A DNA stretch of 64,000 nucleotides, from the NCBI GenBank assembly GCA_964270895.1, contig OZ185441.1; one strand, given 5' to 3'. The notes beneath the pieces were generated by a model. That model did no database searches. It worked only from the letters and a program-made list of their open reading frames with translations, and was not told where the DNA came from. Every line of letters begins with the position of its first letter. Within the stretch, counting starts at the first letter, position 1. Both the position numbers and the translations under genes were made by a program. This document shows positions 46,423-59,398 of the stretch, piece after piece. The stretch comes from Podarcis filfolensis. Taxonomy: Eukaryota.

Positions 46423-49400
46423 TGCTTCCTTCCAACAAAGGAAATAGGGGAAGCCAGGTGGAGATTCATTAGGCATGGTTAAGCGTCCGTTTTGGCTTCC
46501 TAGCAAAAAGAACAAATATGAAATGCAGTGACCTGGAACTCTCACCCCTCCCAGAGTCCACTGGCCTGTTGAAATACCTGTTTAAGGAACCATCTCTTAG
46601 TTTTGGAATTCCCAAACTCACCTGCCATTTCCCTTCTACTCCCTTTCTTTCCATTTCTTAAGATTGTAACTGTGCAAATGTTATATGCGGCACATTGCTA
46701 CTCCAAGCATTCTATAGAAGACCTACAGAAATACTAAGTAACAGAGATTCATTTATTTTTCTGTTCAAGTCTTGGCATGAGAATCACTGTCAGGTGGGGC
46801 TGCAGCTGACAAAAAGGATGGTAAAACCCTATAGCCTCTTTCAGAAGTCTACTGTTTCTACAGAATTCAAAGGGAAATAAATTTGCTTAAGCGTGACAGG
46901 CTTCTCTTTTACTCCTAATGCCAACTACACCCACCTTGTGCCCAGTGTGGTGTTTTAACATGCACATTTTAATCCCCCTCTCAAACAAGTTATACTACCT
47001 TTCCTTGCATTTTATAGTTTTAAAAAACCCCCACAGAAAATTCACCCAAAGTATCAAAGAAGTGGAAGTTGCACAGAACCCTCACCAAGAATCTACGCGC
47101 AACACTTTAAAAGAGTGGCACCTGAGGAACTACTCAACTTCTACAGATCCCCAGTCCACTAACAGGAAGAAGAGAGTCTTCTTCACACAAGCAGTTTTGG
47201 AATCTACAACCAAAAGATGTGGCAGCCATCACCAGCAAACATGGGTTTGAAAATAGGTATTTCTATTGAAGGATAGGCTTATTAGCCATGGCAGGTAAAT
47301 AGAACCGACATGTTCAGAGCGTACTTGAATGTTGGATGCTGGTGGCAAACAGAACATGATCACTTGTGAGCTGCTTGTGAGCTCCCAGAAACTGGCCACT
47401 GCTGGAAAAAGAATGCTGGTATTGATGGACTTTGGTCCAATTCAGCAAGGCCATTTTAAGCACCATCAATACCTTCCGCAATTTGGAAAAAAGCAGAATT
47501 TTCTCCAGTTCCGGTGGCGATTCCATTGCATGTAACTTTATTTCTGACTACGCTGAGCTCTCTAAAAGGAAGCACACAGCAGTTTACATAGGTTCTAATG
47601 CAGACTCCCACCCGGGCAACTTCAAAGGCCAGAACTACCTTGATTCATTCACTTAGATTTCTACCCTCTTCTGGGCCAGTTATCTAATAATTTTATTTCA
47701 GAATTGATGTTGAGCTTTAATAATGTCCTGGTGTCAAAAGTCAGCCCTCATGGCTAGGTAGATGTCAGCCTAACAATTTTGCAGACGCATCAAAAGCTTG
47801 TTTATGGCAGTTTAAATGCTAGCTATACCAAACAACCAAGTTGCCAAGCTTGTTCTCTCTTTGCACTGTATGATGATAATCACTATCAGTTTTAATCCAT
47901 TCAATTACATTTGTTAAATGGGAACAAATAATCCTGTTTTCTGACTCTTGATAAAAAATTGAAATATGTCAAAATTCATTGTGTTCCCTTGTAATTTACT
48001 GTATAAATGGAATCTTTTATAAATACAATTCTTCCTCATTGGAAATACTCCTATATTTAGGATGTTCGCCCTGCTAATCATATCCACAAGGCCATGCTGC
48101 ACAAATTTAGCCTTAATGCTGGTTTCCAACCACCAATTGCCTACACCTGCTGAAAACCCACAGCAGGGAGGGCATGTCTTTCAGAACGAAGTCCCTGCTG
48201 TTACTTCAGTGTGCCTTCCAACACAGCAAGGCTATGAAGTTATAAAATCTGCCTGGAATAGTTGTGGGAGGGAAACCTTTGCCAAAGAGTGTGGGAGTCT
48301 TGCCAGCATTTGCTGTAGAGTTTAAACTTCAATTTTAAGAGGGGGAAATAATACTGTACCAGCAGCTTTCAAATGATTTAATAAAAGGATATTTACATAA
48401 CAAGAGTAACTTCACTCTGATCTAGGAGGTCCCTACATACGGAAGATCCCACAAAAGCAGTAGCATCTCTGGAACTTAATTCAAGCACTGATAGGTTGCT
48501 GACAGAAAGAGAGAGAAAAAGGACAAAGGAAGCCGCTTTAGATCAGGTTGTATCATTGGTCCAGCTACCTTAGTAATGTCTATATTGCCTGTGTTCATTA
48601 AGTTATGGTTTGTTTTTAACCACGGTTTCTCTAACAAACCACAAGTCAGTTCACAGACAAGCAAACAAACAGAGGCTTCACACTGTAGTTTGTTGGCAGA
48701 AAGCAAACTACGGGTAGTGTACAGGCTTGGGTTCATAGATTCAAATAAATCATAGTTAGACTAAACAAACCAAGACTTAGTATTATGTGAAAACCATGCC
48801 ACTGACTGGCAATATCTCTCCAGGGTTTCAGGTTGGCATCTTTCCCAGTCCTGCCTGGATATGCCAGGGATTGGACCTTGGAACAAAGAAGGGTTGTCGT
48901 TTAGCTTGGATGACATTTTTTTTTAAAGCTTCAGACAAACTCATGGACAAATTACTATCAGTAATTATTTGCCATGATAGATATATGGAGCTTACATATA
49001 CTTGGGCAGTATTCTGCTGAATACCAGGTAGTAGAGAACAGACAATAGGGGAAAGCTCCCTCTACTTTATAATAATAATAATAATTTTTTATTTATACCC
49101 CGCCCTCCCCAGCCAAGGCTGGGCTCAGAGCGGCTTCTGTTCTGCTTCTGAGCTCTCAGAGGTTTCTGATTGGCCCTGACTAGATTAGGTATGACCAAGC
49201 AAAGCAATCTGCAAATTCCTAAATTGCGGTACTTGTTCTCCAGAAATTCCATAAGGACACTGAACCAGGTTTCTGGACCAGGCTCATGATGATGGTGATA
49301 CATCTCATGTACTGAAGGTTGTTTCGCCACCCCCCAATAAATCATTGGACTCACTTGATGAACGCAACCAAGTGAGATGGATGCAGGTAGAACCAAGGGA

Positions 49401-50252
49401 AGTAGCATTGCTTTTGCCAGAATTTTACTAGCATTTTAAAGATTAAAAATCAAGAAGGCAGTGGTTTGTTTGAAAGACTCAGTGCCGTTTTAAAGAATGA
49501 GACAAGGCATACTAAACTTTGCCTCTGGGTGACTCCAGCTGGCTGCAAGATGCAGCTGACAAGGCATGGTCTCTGCTGCAACAGCAGTTTGGTAGCCAAC
49601 CTTTTTACTGTAACTGTTATCCACATTAAGAGAGAGAGATACAGAGAAATGTGAAGGGTTTGTTGCCTTCTAGCTCACAGTAGCTTTCCATGAGACTGAA
49701 GTCCACCCTTTCTTTAAAATCATCTGTTCTTGCTAGCAGCAAGCAAACTGCTCTTCTCAAACAGAAGCAACACGCTGAGCATCTCCTCACTCAGCACACT
49801 AATGTGCCCTTATGTCTGACCTGAATGACGAACTGCTATGCCATAACCAGCTCAGCACTGAGGCTTCAGACTAAAGATCACAGACATTACCAACAGGACT
49901 GGAAAATTCCAATTCCTAGGCATCAGAATAAAAGTGCATAGTCACCTGTTACCCACAACTTTTGTAGCTACAATTTGTATAGTACTTTAGAAAGTATGAT
50001 GTGTTTCCCACACAAAACAACTTTAGTAACCCTTAGAAGCCTACTCCAACCCTTAAGCTGGGTGAGCATTATTATCCCAAATTGTTGCCTGGGAGCAGAA
50101 GGATGATTGTCTAAGGCAACCTAACCCATCCCACGAAACTCACCAGATTTGTATCTGCAAATTTCTACCTGTTTTCTGGCCATGTTACTCATTGCCAGAG
50201 CAACTGAACTTCAATTTAGAACCTAGGCTTTTTGTTGATTTGTTAGGCTAGG

Positions 50253-50526
50253 CAGTGGTGTCCAAACTTTTTTCAAAGAGGGCCAGATTTGATGAAGTGG
50301 AGGGCCGTAAGGGTCAATCAACAGGCCAGCCAAAGTTGTTGACTTTTTAAAGGATTGAAGTAGTTGTTGGGCTTTTTTATGATTTTACCCCAAAGTTGTT
50401 TCTTTGGGATTGAAGTTGTCGAGGGTTTTTTTGGATTTTACCCCAGGAAATAAACTGCCACAGGGGCCAGATTAAACCGACCAGCAGGCCAGATTAGGCC
50501 CCAAAAACAGACTTTGGACATGCCTG
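50253..50526. mobile_element. Old hAT-type MITE
   Basis: CAGTGGTGTCCAAA / TTTGGACATGCCTG ends; degenerate TSD GGCTA(A)GG. Confidence 0.65.
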
Positions 50527-51532
50527 GGCTAAGGAGTCAAATTAAGTGTTCATGGCCAAGCCAAGCAGCCATCAGAAACTGATTCAGAGAATGCTGCAAT
50601 GTACTAGACTTGTTTATGTTTAAATATGAGCTACTCCGCATAAATTCAAATATTTCAACACTAACCATGTTGATGAAGCACAGACATGCAAAGCAGGTAG
50701 GTTGTTTCAGATGGCTGGCACTCTATCTCACACTAATAGTAACCAGGCTGGGATGAGGAGCTGTGATGCAGCTTCGGCCACATACACAAGGAGAACAAAA
50801 GGGAAGTTGGACTGTGCTTTCACAGTGCAGGCCACAGCATATTTAAACAGACTTTGACTGCAAGAGAACATCCTGTGGTATTTCATGGTTGATAAGGAGA
50901 AATAAAATCTTCAGGGCTCATTTTATAATTGCTGGAAATGTTTTGATCCCATGGGGCCAATTTTACACGCCTAAGGTGGAAGAGCCTTTGTTAAAGTAAG
51001 TTCTTTAAATGTTTTGAAGGCTATTTATAAAATGGCATGAGTAAAGACTGTTGTTAGATCATGAAGTTATTCCATTCAGCTGCTAGGACAACATAATTAA
51101 TGAAGAAAAAAAAGAACTTGACCAAAAGTCCACTTCTTGTAAAAAAAAGAAAAGAAAAAAGGGGGGGAAAGGATATTAGAAATCATAAAAACAACTAGAA
51201 TGGATACAAAAATGCAGTGTTGCCATACTAGTGAAAATGATCACCTTAATTTATACTTGAGGACAACTTGGCAAACAGTGGCAATGCATCTGATTAAAGG
51301 GGCTTGAGCCCCCAAAACTTTTTCTTACAAGAGATTTCCAAATCTTTAAGGCACCACAAAACTCTGATGTTTCTGATAGTAATCATTTTTTAAAGATTTC
51401 GACCTTAAGGAAATGAAAATTCTGGAGACTGCTTAGTCATTCATTTTTGGCTTCATAAGCATCACACCATGCAAAAATAAAAATCTGTTAAGATGTAAAG
51501 GTAAAACTTAACTTGTCCACGCTACTTTATAT

Positions 51533-52275
51533 AAAAGGTAAAGGTAAAGGTGTTGGAGGAGATTCTTGAGTCCCATGGACTGCAAGAAGATCAAACCTCT
51601 CCATTCTGAAGGAAATCAGCCCTGAGTGCTCACTGGAAGGACAGATCCTGAAGCTGAGGCTCCAATACTTTGGTCACCTCATGAGAAGAGAAGACTCCCT
51701 GGAAAAGACCCTGATGTTGGGAAAGATGGAGGGCACAAGGAGAAGGGGATGAGATGGCTGGACGGTGTTCTTGAAGATACCAGCATGAGTTTGCCCAAAC
51801 TGTGGGAGGCAGTCAAAGACAGGAGTGCCTGGCATGCTCTGGTCCATGGGGTCACGAAGAGTCGGACACGACTAAACGACTAAACAACAACAACAACAAA
51901 AGGTAAAGGACCCCTGGATGGTTAAATCCAGTCAAAGGTGACTATGGGGTGCAGCGCTCATCTCGCTTTTCAGGCCAAGGGAGCCAGAGTTTGTCCCCAG
52001 ACAGCTTTTCTGGTCATGTGGCCAGCATGACTAAACTGATTCTGGAGCAACAGGACTGTGATGAGTGCCAGAGCGCACGGAAACACCATTTACCTTCCCG
52101 CCGCAGCAGTACCTATTTATCTACTCATGCTGGTATGCTTTCAAACTGCTAGACTGGCAGGAGCTGGGACAAAGCAATGGGAGCTTACCCCACACCGCAG
52201 ATTCAAACTGCCAACCTTCTGACTGGCAAGCCCAAGAGGCTCAGTGGTTTAGACCACAGCACCACCCACAGCCCT
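51533..52275 (-). mobile_element. Sauria SINE (second subfamily) with a Bov-B fragment inserted in its tail
   Basis: TSD GCT(A/G)CTTTATAT (51521-51532, 52276-52287). Confidence 0.88.
51551..51898 (+). mobile_element. Bov-B LINE 3' fragment
   Basis: (AAC)n tail; 11-bp TSD AAAGGTAAAGG taken from the host SINE tail. Confidence 0.92.
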
Positions 52276-53115
52276 GCTGCTTTATATGAGGAAAGGGGGT
52301 GTGTGAAATCTAGAAAAACAGACAGGCACAAACATGATGGTATCAGCAACTTTTTTTTAAAAAAAAGACACAGAAGTACATTACATCAGGAGATGACTGA
52401 GCAGGGGGTGGGGGAGGAAATCAGAAACTTTCTGCTGATATCCTGAAGTGTGTTTGTGAGGAGCAAGTGTTTCCTCATTTGTGAAGTGGGACACTAGTGG
52501 GACGCTAATATGTTTTATCGCTGTAACCGGAGAATGCAAGGGAGGCAGAACTGTGACTTAAATGAAGGAAGTAAAAGTAATTTCACTTTCAAATCCCCTT
52601 TGTGCAGCCAGTAAAACCAAAATAAGTGAACGCCAATAATGTTATGTGGATATGTTTTCACTGTTGACAGTGGTAATTATTCAGGACTGGTCTATCCACA
52701 CAGGAGAATCAGATTAATAAAATCCCTTAATCATCAATGGGTTTTGCCTTTAATTTATTGTGGATTCTGAATAACCCGCTGTTTACCTAAGAGATTACCA
52801 TTTGGAGACTTGACGGGGTTTTGCTGCAAGATAACCGCATGGCCCTACAAACCAAATCATCAGCAGCTCAAATCAGGGCAGTTAATAAATGAAAGTTCAA
52901 GATGGACTTCTGTCCTGAAGCTTATCACGTTTACATTGGGAATATGTCTCCCTTGTTTTGGTAGAACTCACTTCCAAATACTTGGGCTACAGAAGGGCCA
53001 TGGAGCTATGCAAGAGACAACCAAATTGTTTCTTCTGGAACCAGCAACAACATTTCTTAGCAAAAAGCTTTATTGCACATAGAAGCAATCCAGCCAGATG
53101 GGCAGGGTACAAATC

Positions 53116-53116
<1 letters not shown>

Positions 53117-53153
<37 letters not shown>
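53117..53153. repeat. (ATT)n microsatellite (tail of a very short L2 3' end)
   Basis: Follows CCAGCCAGATGGGCAGGGTACAAAT. Confidence 0.85.
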
Positions 53154-53155
<2 letters not shown>

Positions 53156-53330
53156 TACACAGGGCAAGCCACATTTCTAGCAAATCATGTCAGCAGCGTA
53201 GGAAATCTTTATTGGGCTGCCACTTGTGACAGGGAATTTGGACTACTTACTGGACAGAAGAATCCGAACACTTAGCATGCACACTGACAGGCATGGTCAC
53301 TTGGAGTTTTTCCCCCCAGATGCCATTACG

Positions 53331-53770
53331 TCTTTTTTATATATAACTTATTTATTTGATTTTACAAATTAAAATTTACATTCATAACCAGAAATAAAGA
53401 GAAATACACAAAGATTCCCCCAAATCTTTGGACTTCCCTCCACCTCTCCACAGGTTCCATTACTAATCCTTTTCCTCTGCATATTTTAAGTCACTCCATT
53501 TTTAAAAATACTCCACTATATCCATCATTCTTGTTACATTACAAGTGTTTTTAAAATCCTGCCAAAGAGTTCAACTGCTTACAGTGGTCTCCTAGATAAA
53601 CTACAAATTTCCCCCATTCTTTATTTAAATTTTGGTCCTCTTGGTTTCTGATTTTCCCAGTCAATTTCGCCATCTCTGCATAGTCCATCAGCTTGGTCTG
53701 CCATTCTTCTCTGGTAGGGACTTTGTCTTCCTTCCATCTCTGGGCTAAGAGATGTAGGAGGTTCTTACAT
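53331..53770 (-). mobile_element. L1/Tx1-clade LINE 3' fragment
   Basis: ORF 53551..53775 LAQRWKEDKVPTREEWQTKLMDYAEMAKLT resembles the lizard L1-clade ORF2 end; A-rich tail. Confidence 0.7.
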
Positions 53771-56528
53771 GCCATAGATAACCAGGTGTATTTACATTTA
53801 CAGAAAAGGTAAAATTATACTCAGCTGGTGCAATCAGCTCCTTTTACTCTCTGCAGGCACAGACAACACAGTGCTGTAACACTGACAAAAATTTTCAAAG
53901 ACCCTGATGCAGAAATTTAAGCAGCTTGCAGCAGAAATAGCATACTGTGCTTGAGGAATTAAGTTAACTAACACTTCAAGCTAAGGAGAGCAGTTCCTGA
54001 GCAGCAGTGGAGTCAGGTTCCTTTGCATCTTTAATGGAGTATGCAATTACATGCCATCTTGTCTTGCAATAGAGTTAAACTGCTGAGAACATCCATACAT
54101 TTTTAGGGCTGAACAGATCATCCACATCCCCTGCGGAATTTGAAAGCAGTATCCATTTAAAGACCGAGGGCTACTGCAAAAAAGCTCCTGGAGACTGAAT
54201 TGGCCTTAACTGCGAGGTATAAAAGCTATATGAATTACCTCCAATATGACTGTGGTCTCCTGAGCAGCAAGCAACATAAATATGTGATAAAATAAAATGA
54301 ACAGCTTACTCAAGTTCTGCTGCTTACTAGTTATCATCATTTACATTTTCACCGTCTCTCTTACATTCTTCACAATTTTTGCTCCTCCCTAATCATATCC
54401 CCATTTCAGCAATGGAAGAGAAATGAGGGCAAAATTGAATTATTTGCTGGCAAATCAATTCTGAGTTAATGATTCAGCAGGGATCTGTTCCCAGGTCTCA
54501 CAGGTAGAAGCCCAATGTTGAAAAAACAAAGTGTCCAGAAGATAAAAATATATAATAATGTACTAACATTTTAATGTGGCATTCATTATGATGAAGCGTA
54601 GGGGGGTTGATTAGCTGTGGTTGGGCGGTCAGAGGGGCTTCTGGGTTGCTACTGGATCAGCTGCTGTGATCCTGCTTAGGTGCTCACATAATAAAGCTTA
54701 ATAACATAGGCAGTCAGGACACAACAAAGACAGACTAAGCCTAGGAAAGGAAAAGGCAGGAGTTAGAAAAATGTAGGCTATGGAGGTTCCTAGGAAAGGT
54801 TGTTGAAACAAGGGAATGGTCCAAACCAATACAAAGAGGACAAGACCAAAGGGAGGGTGGGACAGTCAGAGAGGGGAACAGCAAGGCACCAGGAGTTTGC
54901 ACATAGAAATAAAATATTAAAGCCAGGTTTTTAGAAATCCTCTATTAAATGTCTTTGAACAGAAGTGGGCAACTCCACTTCATGACACTAACACAACTTT
55001 GTGAAGCGAAGCTGAGTTTCACCGGAAAACACAGCAACTTAACATATCAATGTAAGCTGAAAGAACTGCGGAAGAGTTCATTTTAACTAATCATGGGTCC
55101 CTCTTTTAATACCCATGCTAGTTCTTCATTGGTCTTCTTGTAAAACTTCAAACCCCTAGATCTCCAAATCTTCACCTCTGCCTAATTCACTTTCTCCACC
55201 TTGCCAACCAATTAGCCCCCATACTGTGTCCTATCCTCTCACACCTGCCTTTGTGCTATGTTCTCCTCCTGCATCTGGCAACACACTGGCTTTTCTACCT
55301 TCAAATAACTATTCTTACTATGTCTGCAAAGTCTCCCTCCTACCAGTTCACCACCCCTTGCCTCACTTTATCCTCTCCTGCTCTCTGGACAAAGATCAGA
55401 TACAGACCACAAAATTAACAGCTACCTCTGGTACACATCAAAAAGCAATAGGTGAACTAAATACTTTCCCCAAAGTACCATGGACTGTCTGATCAGGTGG
55501 TCTGTAGAGCTGCTGCACTAGTCAGGACATAGGAAAACCACTCCTAGGAAGGCTTACTGTTACAAAGTTGTGTTTTTCTGCTAAGAGCAACTTTTTAATA
55601 GTCTCTGTATGCCAGAAAATTAAAAATTGGTAAGAAAGAATACACCACAATTAAAACCAATCAGATAATATGTTGAAACCATATGCAGGCTTTTGCAATT
55701 GAAGAAGGCCCTCTGCCCAGGTCTCAACAGCTTCATGAAGTTAAGAAGAAGGAATCAGGTTTGAAAAGAGCCATTTGTCTGACTGCCTGTGCTGAATAAA
55801 CATTACCTTTGTATATCAGAATGGATATTGGGGGTGGGGGATTCTACTTCTTTCAGGCCATCTATTTTGACACTTGGAACCCACCCTTCCTTGCAAAGCT
55901 TGGACTCCTAGCAGTCTTAAAATGATGAAAGTTAATCTGCCATGGGACTAAGATATGGGAAACCCTTTCAAGGGCAGGAGGCTGAGTTGCATTACTTTCA
56001 GATCATCTCTGTCCTGTGGCTCCACGTATCTTATTAGCTTCTTTCAAAACAGTACAGAAGTAATGAATTCGTATTAGCTCTTCACTGTTGGCAAAATGAA
56101 ATCTGGACTTTTCTGTTATCAAGACAGTTAACCATATATTTATTATTTTTTTGTGAAATATTTCTTCAGAGTGGCCACAAGAGGTTGAACGCAGAAAGAG
56201 CAAAAAGTAATTAGAAAACTGAAGTAGTTCATATGGGAAGAAAGCAATGCATTCGCTCAATTCTGTTTGTGGGAAGTAGGCACCAAAAGAAGAGAATGAA
56301 TTCAGAAGCCACAGGTAGGAAACACAGAATCCTAAGTGGATGGGAAAGAGTTAAGTTTCAAGAAAGGCCTCTCTAGACAAAACAACAGAAAAGCTTAACA
56401 GAGATAACAAGCAGACCCAGAAAGCATTACTGAAGTCTAGATGTAAGTGACAACTTGAATTTCTATTTTAAAGGCATCATTTAAAATGGTAATACAGTAC
56501 AAAGTTAGATGCTTGTACTACATGGGGG

Positions 56529-56632
56529 ATACTAACATGAGTTTGACCAAACTGTGGGAGACAGTGGAAGACAGGAGTGCCTGGTGTGCTCTGGTCCATG
56601 GGGTCACAGAGACTTGGACACAACTAAACAAC
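56529..56632 (+). mobile_element. Bov-B LINE very short 3' fragment
   Basis: 13-bp TSD TACTACATGGGGG (56516-56528, 56633-56645). Confidence 0.88.
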
Positions 56633-57739
56633 TACTACATGGGGGGATCAATATCACTGGCATTCAATTTTTAGATACTTCTATGTGCTCAAGCTGTGCA
56701 CCCAGGTTTTTCTGAGCTCTCTTTACAATATAATTAGTGAATTACTTTTATTATACAGGTAGTGCCTATGTAAGAGCATAGGAATATCCTTTCTGGATCA
56801 GACAAGCAGTCTACCAAGTCTACCACTCTCAATAATACTAGCCAGCTGCCTCTCCCAAGGATGTGGAAAGAGCCGCTCCCTGTTTGCACTCATCCTCTGA
56901 CAGAATTATACAACCCCTAATAGCTACTGGTAAAGCTATCTAATCTTCTTCTTTAATAGCCTTCTAAGCTAGTAGTCATAAAATCATGTGGCAATTAATA
57001 GAGGGCACAAGGTGAGGCATTTCAGAGTCCTAGATTCTTAACAACACTGAACAGCCAGCTGCTGGCATAAAACTGGGGTTAAAGTACTGGGGTGAAGACA
57101 GATGTATTGCGACCATTGATTTCTAACAACACATTCCAGTATGCAAAATGCTTTATCATTTCTGGCTGATTTATCTTCATGACAGGTGTGGCAGGGTAGA
57201 AGCAGGAGAGGGGTTGAAAGTCAGATCCACCTACAGTTATCGGAGGAAGGGAAGGGAATCAAATGAAATACAGACAGGCCACACAACTACAAGAGACAGG
57301 GAAAGAAGGAGAAAACAACTTGAATTTTGGGAGAAAAAAGTACATACTGTCGCCTTAATCTATGCAAAGGAGCGTGTGGGGTTTTAGAGGGAGGTAAGAA
57401 ATTGTTTTGCATTGGAAAATAGGGAGAATGCAGAGGGCAAATAGGATCAGATCTACCTGGAGGGAGGGAGCATGCAGTCAAAGCATGTCTACTTTGACGT
57501 AATCTCCAATTTATTCAATGGGACTTGTTTGCTAGTAAACTGATAAGGGGTTACATCCTAATAGTAACAGGAGGAGAGGAGGAGAAATGATATGGAGAAG
57601 GAGGAAGTGTATAGGGACCTTAGGAAAATGAGAGGGGGGGGTCTATGCAGTTATCCTAAATAGATAATATAAGAAGACTAGGAGGAAGGGTTCTGTCCAA
57701 AGTTAGGGAATGGGCAGGCTGTTATTATCATTACATTAT

Positions 57740-57741
57740 TA

Positions 57742-57779
<38 letters not shown>

Positions 57780-57945
57780 GATTTGTATACCGCCCAATAC
57801 CTGCAGGTCTCAGGGTGGTTCACAGGAGGAAATCATGATACAGAAACACTAAATACATAATCAAAAGGAAAATGAAAACAACCCAATAACACCCCCCCAA
57901 AAAAACCCCCACATTTTAAAAGAGCATTGGATGTCACATTCCAGT
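57740..57945 (-). mobile_element. L2-clade 3' end
   Basis: (ATT)n tail, TATACCGCCCAATACCTGCAGGTCTCAGGGTGGTTCACAG terminal motif shared with 27590-27640. Confidence 0.7.
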
Positions 57946-58129
57946 TATGCACTTGCCTCCTTTATCTTTCAGATCCTCTGACACAAACCCAGGTAACCAT
58001 CATTTTTAAAAAGCCATCGGGGGAGAAGGCTGGGCTTCCAAGACTCTCTTTCTTCTGCAGAGGTTCTACTAACTTATTCCAGTATCCTCCATTAGAAGGG
58101 AATCTATGAACGCTTGATAAATGTCCCCC

Positions 58130-58980
58130 CCTCCCCGCCAAGGGATGTAGTAACGCAGAAAGCGCGTAGGAGAAAATCAGGGATTGGAAGTGGGGGGGGG
58201 GGAGGAAAAGGAAGAGGAGCGGAGCCACGAGGCGGAAAAAAAAATCCGAAACAGACCCACGTGGAAAGCGAGAGGGCGGGAGAGGGGCGAGGAGGCGGTT
58301 TCCATGGAGACAGAGGAAGAGGCGCGCGATCGGCGCAGGGAGGGAAGGTGGGCGGGGCCAGCCGACGCAGCGTTCCCTGAGAAGCGAGCCAATCAGGAGC
58401 GAGCGCAGCTCACACACTGAGGGGGGTGGCGGTTGGTTGCGCGCGGCGGGGGGGGGGCCGGTTGTGAGGGAAGGGTTCCCCCCCCTTCCTCCCCCCTCCC
58501 CACGGTTAACGGATGATACTCACCGCGCTGCCCCCCTCCCCCGAAGCTGAGGGGAGGGACCGATGTGGGGCGGCGGCGGTAGCAGCAGCGCCCGCAGGGA
58601 CCAGGCTGAGGAGGCTGCTGGGGAGACGACAACCGCCGCCGGGCGTGCGTCACGCGCGTGCGCGCGCCCCCCCCGCCCACTCCGCGCAGTGACCCGGATG
58701 TACCGGGCTAGGCAGGGCGGGCTCGCTGTGGAGGCGGCGGCAGCAACGGGTCGCCGGCGGCGGCCGACGCTACTGCGCATGCTCACTCGGCGCGGCAACC
58801 TAAAACATAAAAAAGAAACGCGCCCGCAGGTGATCTTTATGTTTCTCGGCTCGAGCGGGCGGGCGGGATTAGTCCCTCTAACCCGTTTTTTCTTAAAAGC
58901 GGTTAAATCTCGGGATGATTTCGGGAAGGAATCGCGTGGGGCTTTCCACACACACCCCGCAACACCTGATTAAAACGGAG
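58130..58980. promoter_or_regulatory. CpG island / CYRIB promoter
   Basis: Very high GC and CpG density. GC boxes (58274, 58350, 58671), CCAAT boxes (58389 plus, 58187 minus), NRF1-like TGCGCATGCT (58774), CRE half-site (58647), E-box CACGTG (58258). Confidence 0.9.
58524..58780 (-). other. CYRIB: CYRIB first exon (5' boundary uncertain)
   Basis: GCG|GTGAGT donor at 58524/58523 inside the only CpG island of the window, oriented as the gene. Confidence 0.7.
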
Positions 58981-59044
58981 AGGATTTGAACGATATGGTT
59001 AAAATTAATAATATTTAATATTATGCACTGCCTAAAGAACAGCT

Positions 59045-59398
59045 TGGTGGTGCTGTGGGTGAAACCTCAGCGCCTAGGACTTGCCGATCGCATGGTCGGC
59101 GGTTCGAATCCCCGCGGCGGGGTGAGCTCCCGTCGTTCGGTCCCAGCTCCTGCCCACCTAGCAGTTCGAAAGCACCCTTAAGTGCAAGTAGATAAATAGG
59201 TACCGCTTTATAGCGGGAAGGTAAACGGCGTTCCGTGTGCTGCTCTGGTGCCGGTTCGCCAGAGCAGCTTCGTCACCCTGGCCACGTGACCCGGAAGTGT
59301 CTCCGGACAGCGCTGGCTCCCGGCCTCTTAAGTGAGATGGGCGCACAACCCTAGAGTCGGACACGACTGGCCCGTATGGGCAGGGGTACCTTTACCTT
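59045..59398 (+). mobile_element. Sauria SINE (third subfamily) just upstream of the CYRIB promoter
   Basis: 12-bp TSD TAAAGAACAGCT (59033-59044, 59399-59410); CpGs largely intact. Confidence 0.95.

Noticed and set aside
49286-49315. C/D box snoRNA (ATGATGA...CTGA)
   Set aside because: Only 30 nt between the boxes and no terminal stem.
58393-58973. Arg/Ala/Pro-rich ORFs in the CpG island as standalone genes
   Set aside because: Expected in stop-poor GC-rich DNA; only the frame that splices into CYRIB is discussed as a hypothesis.
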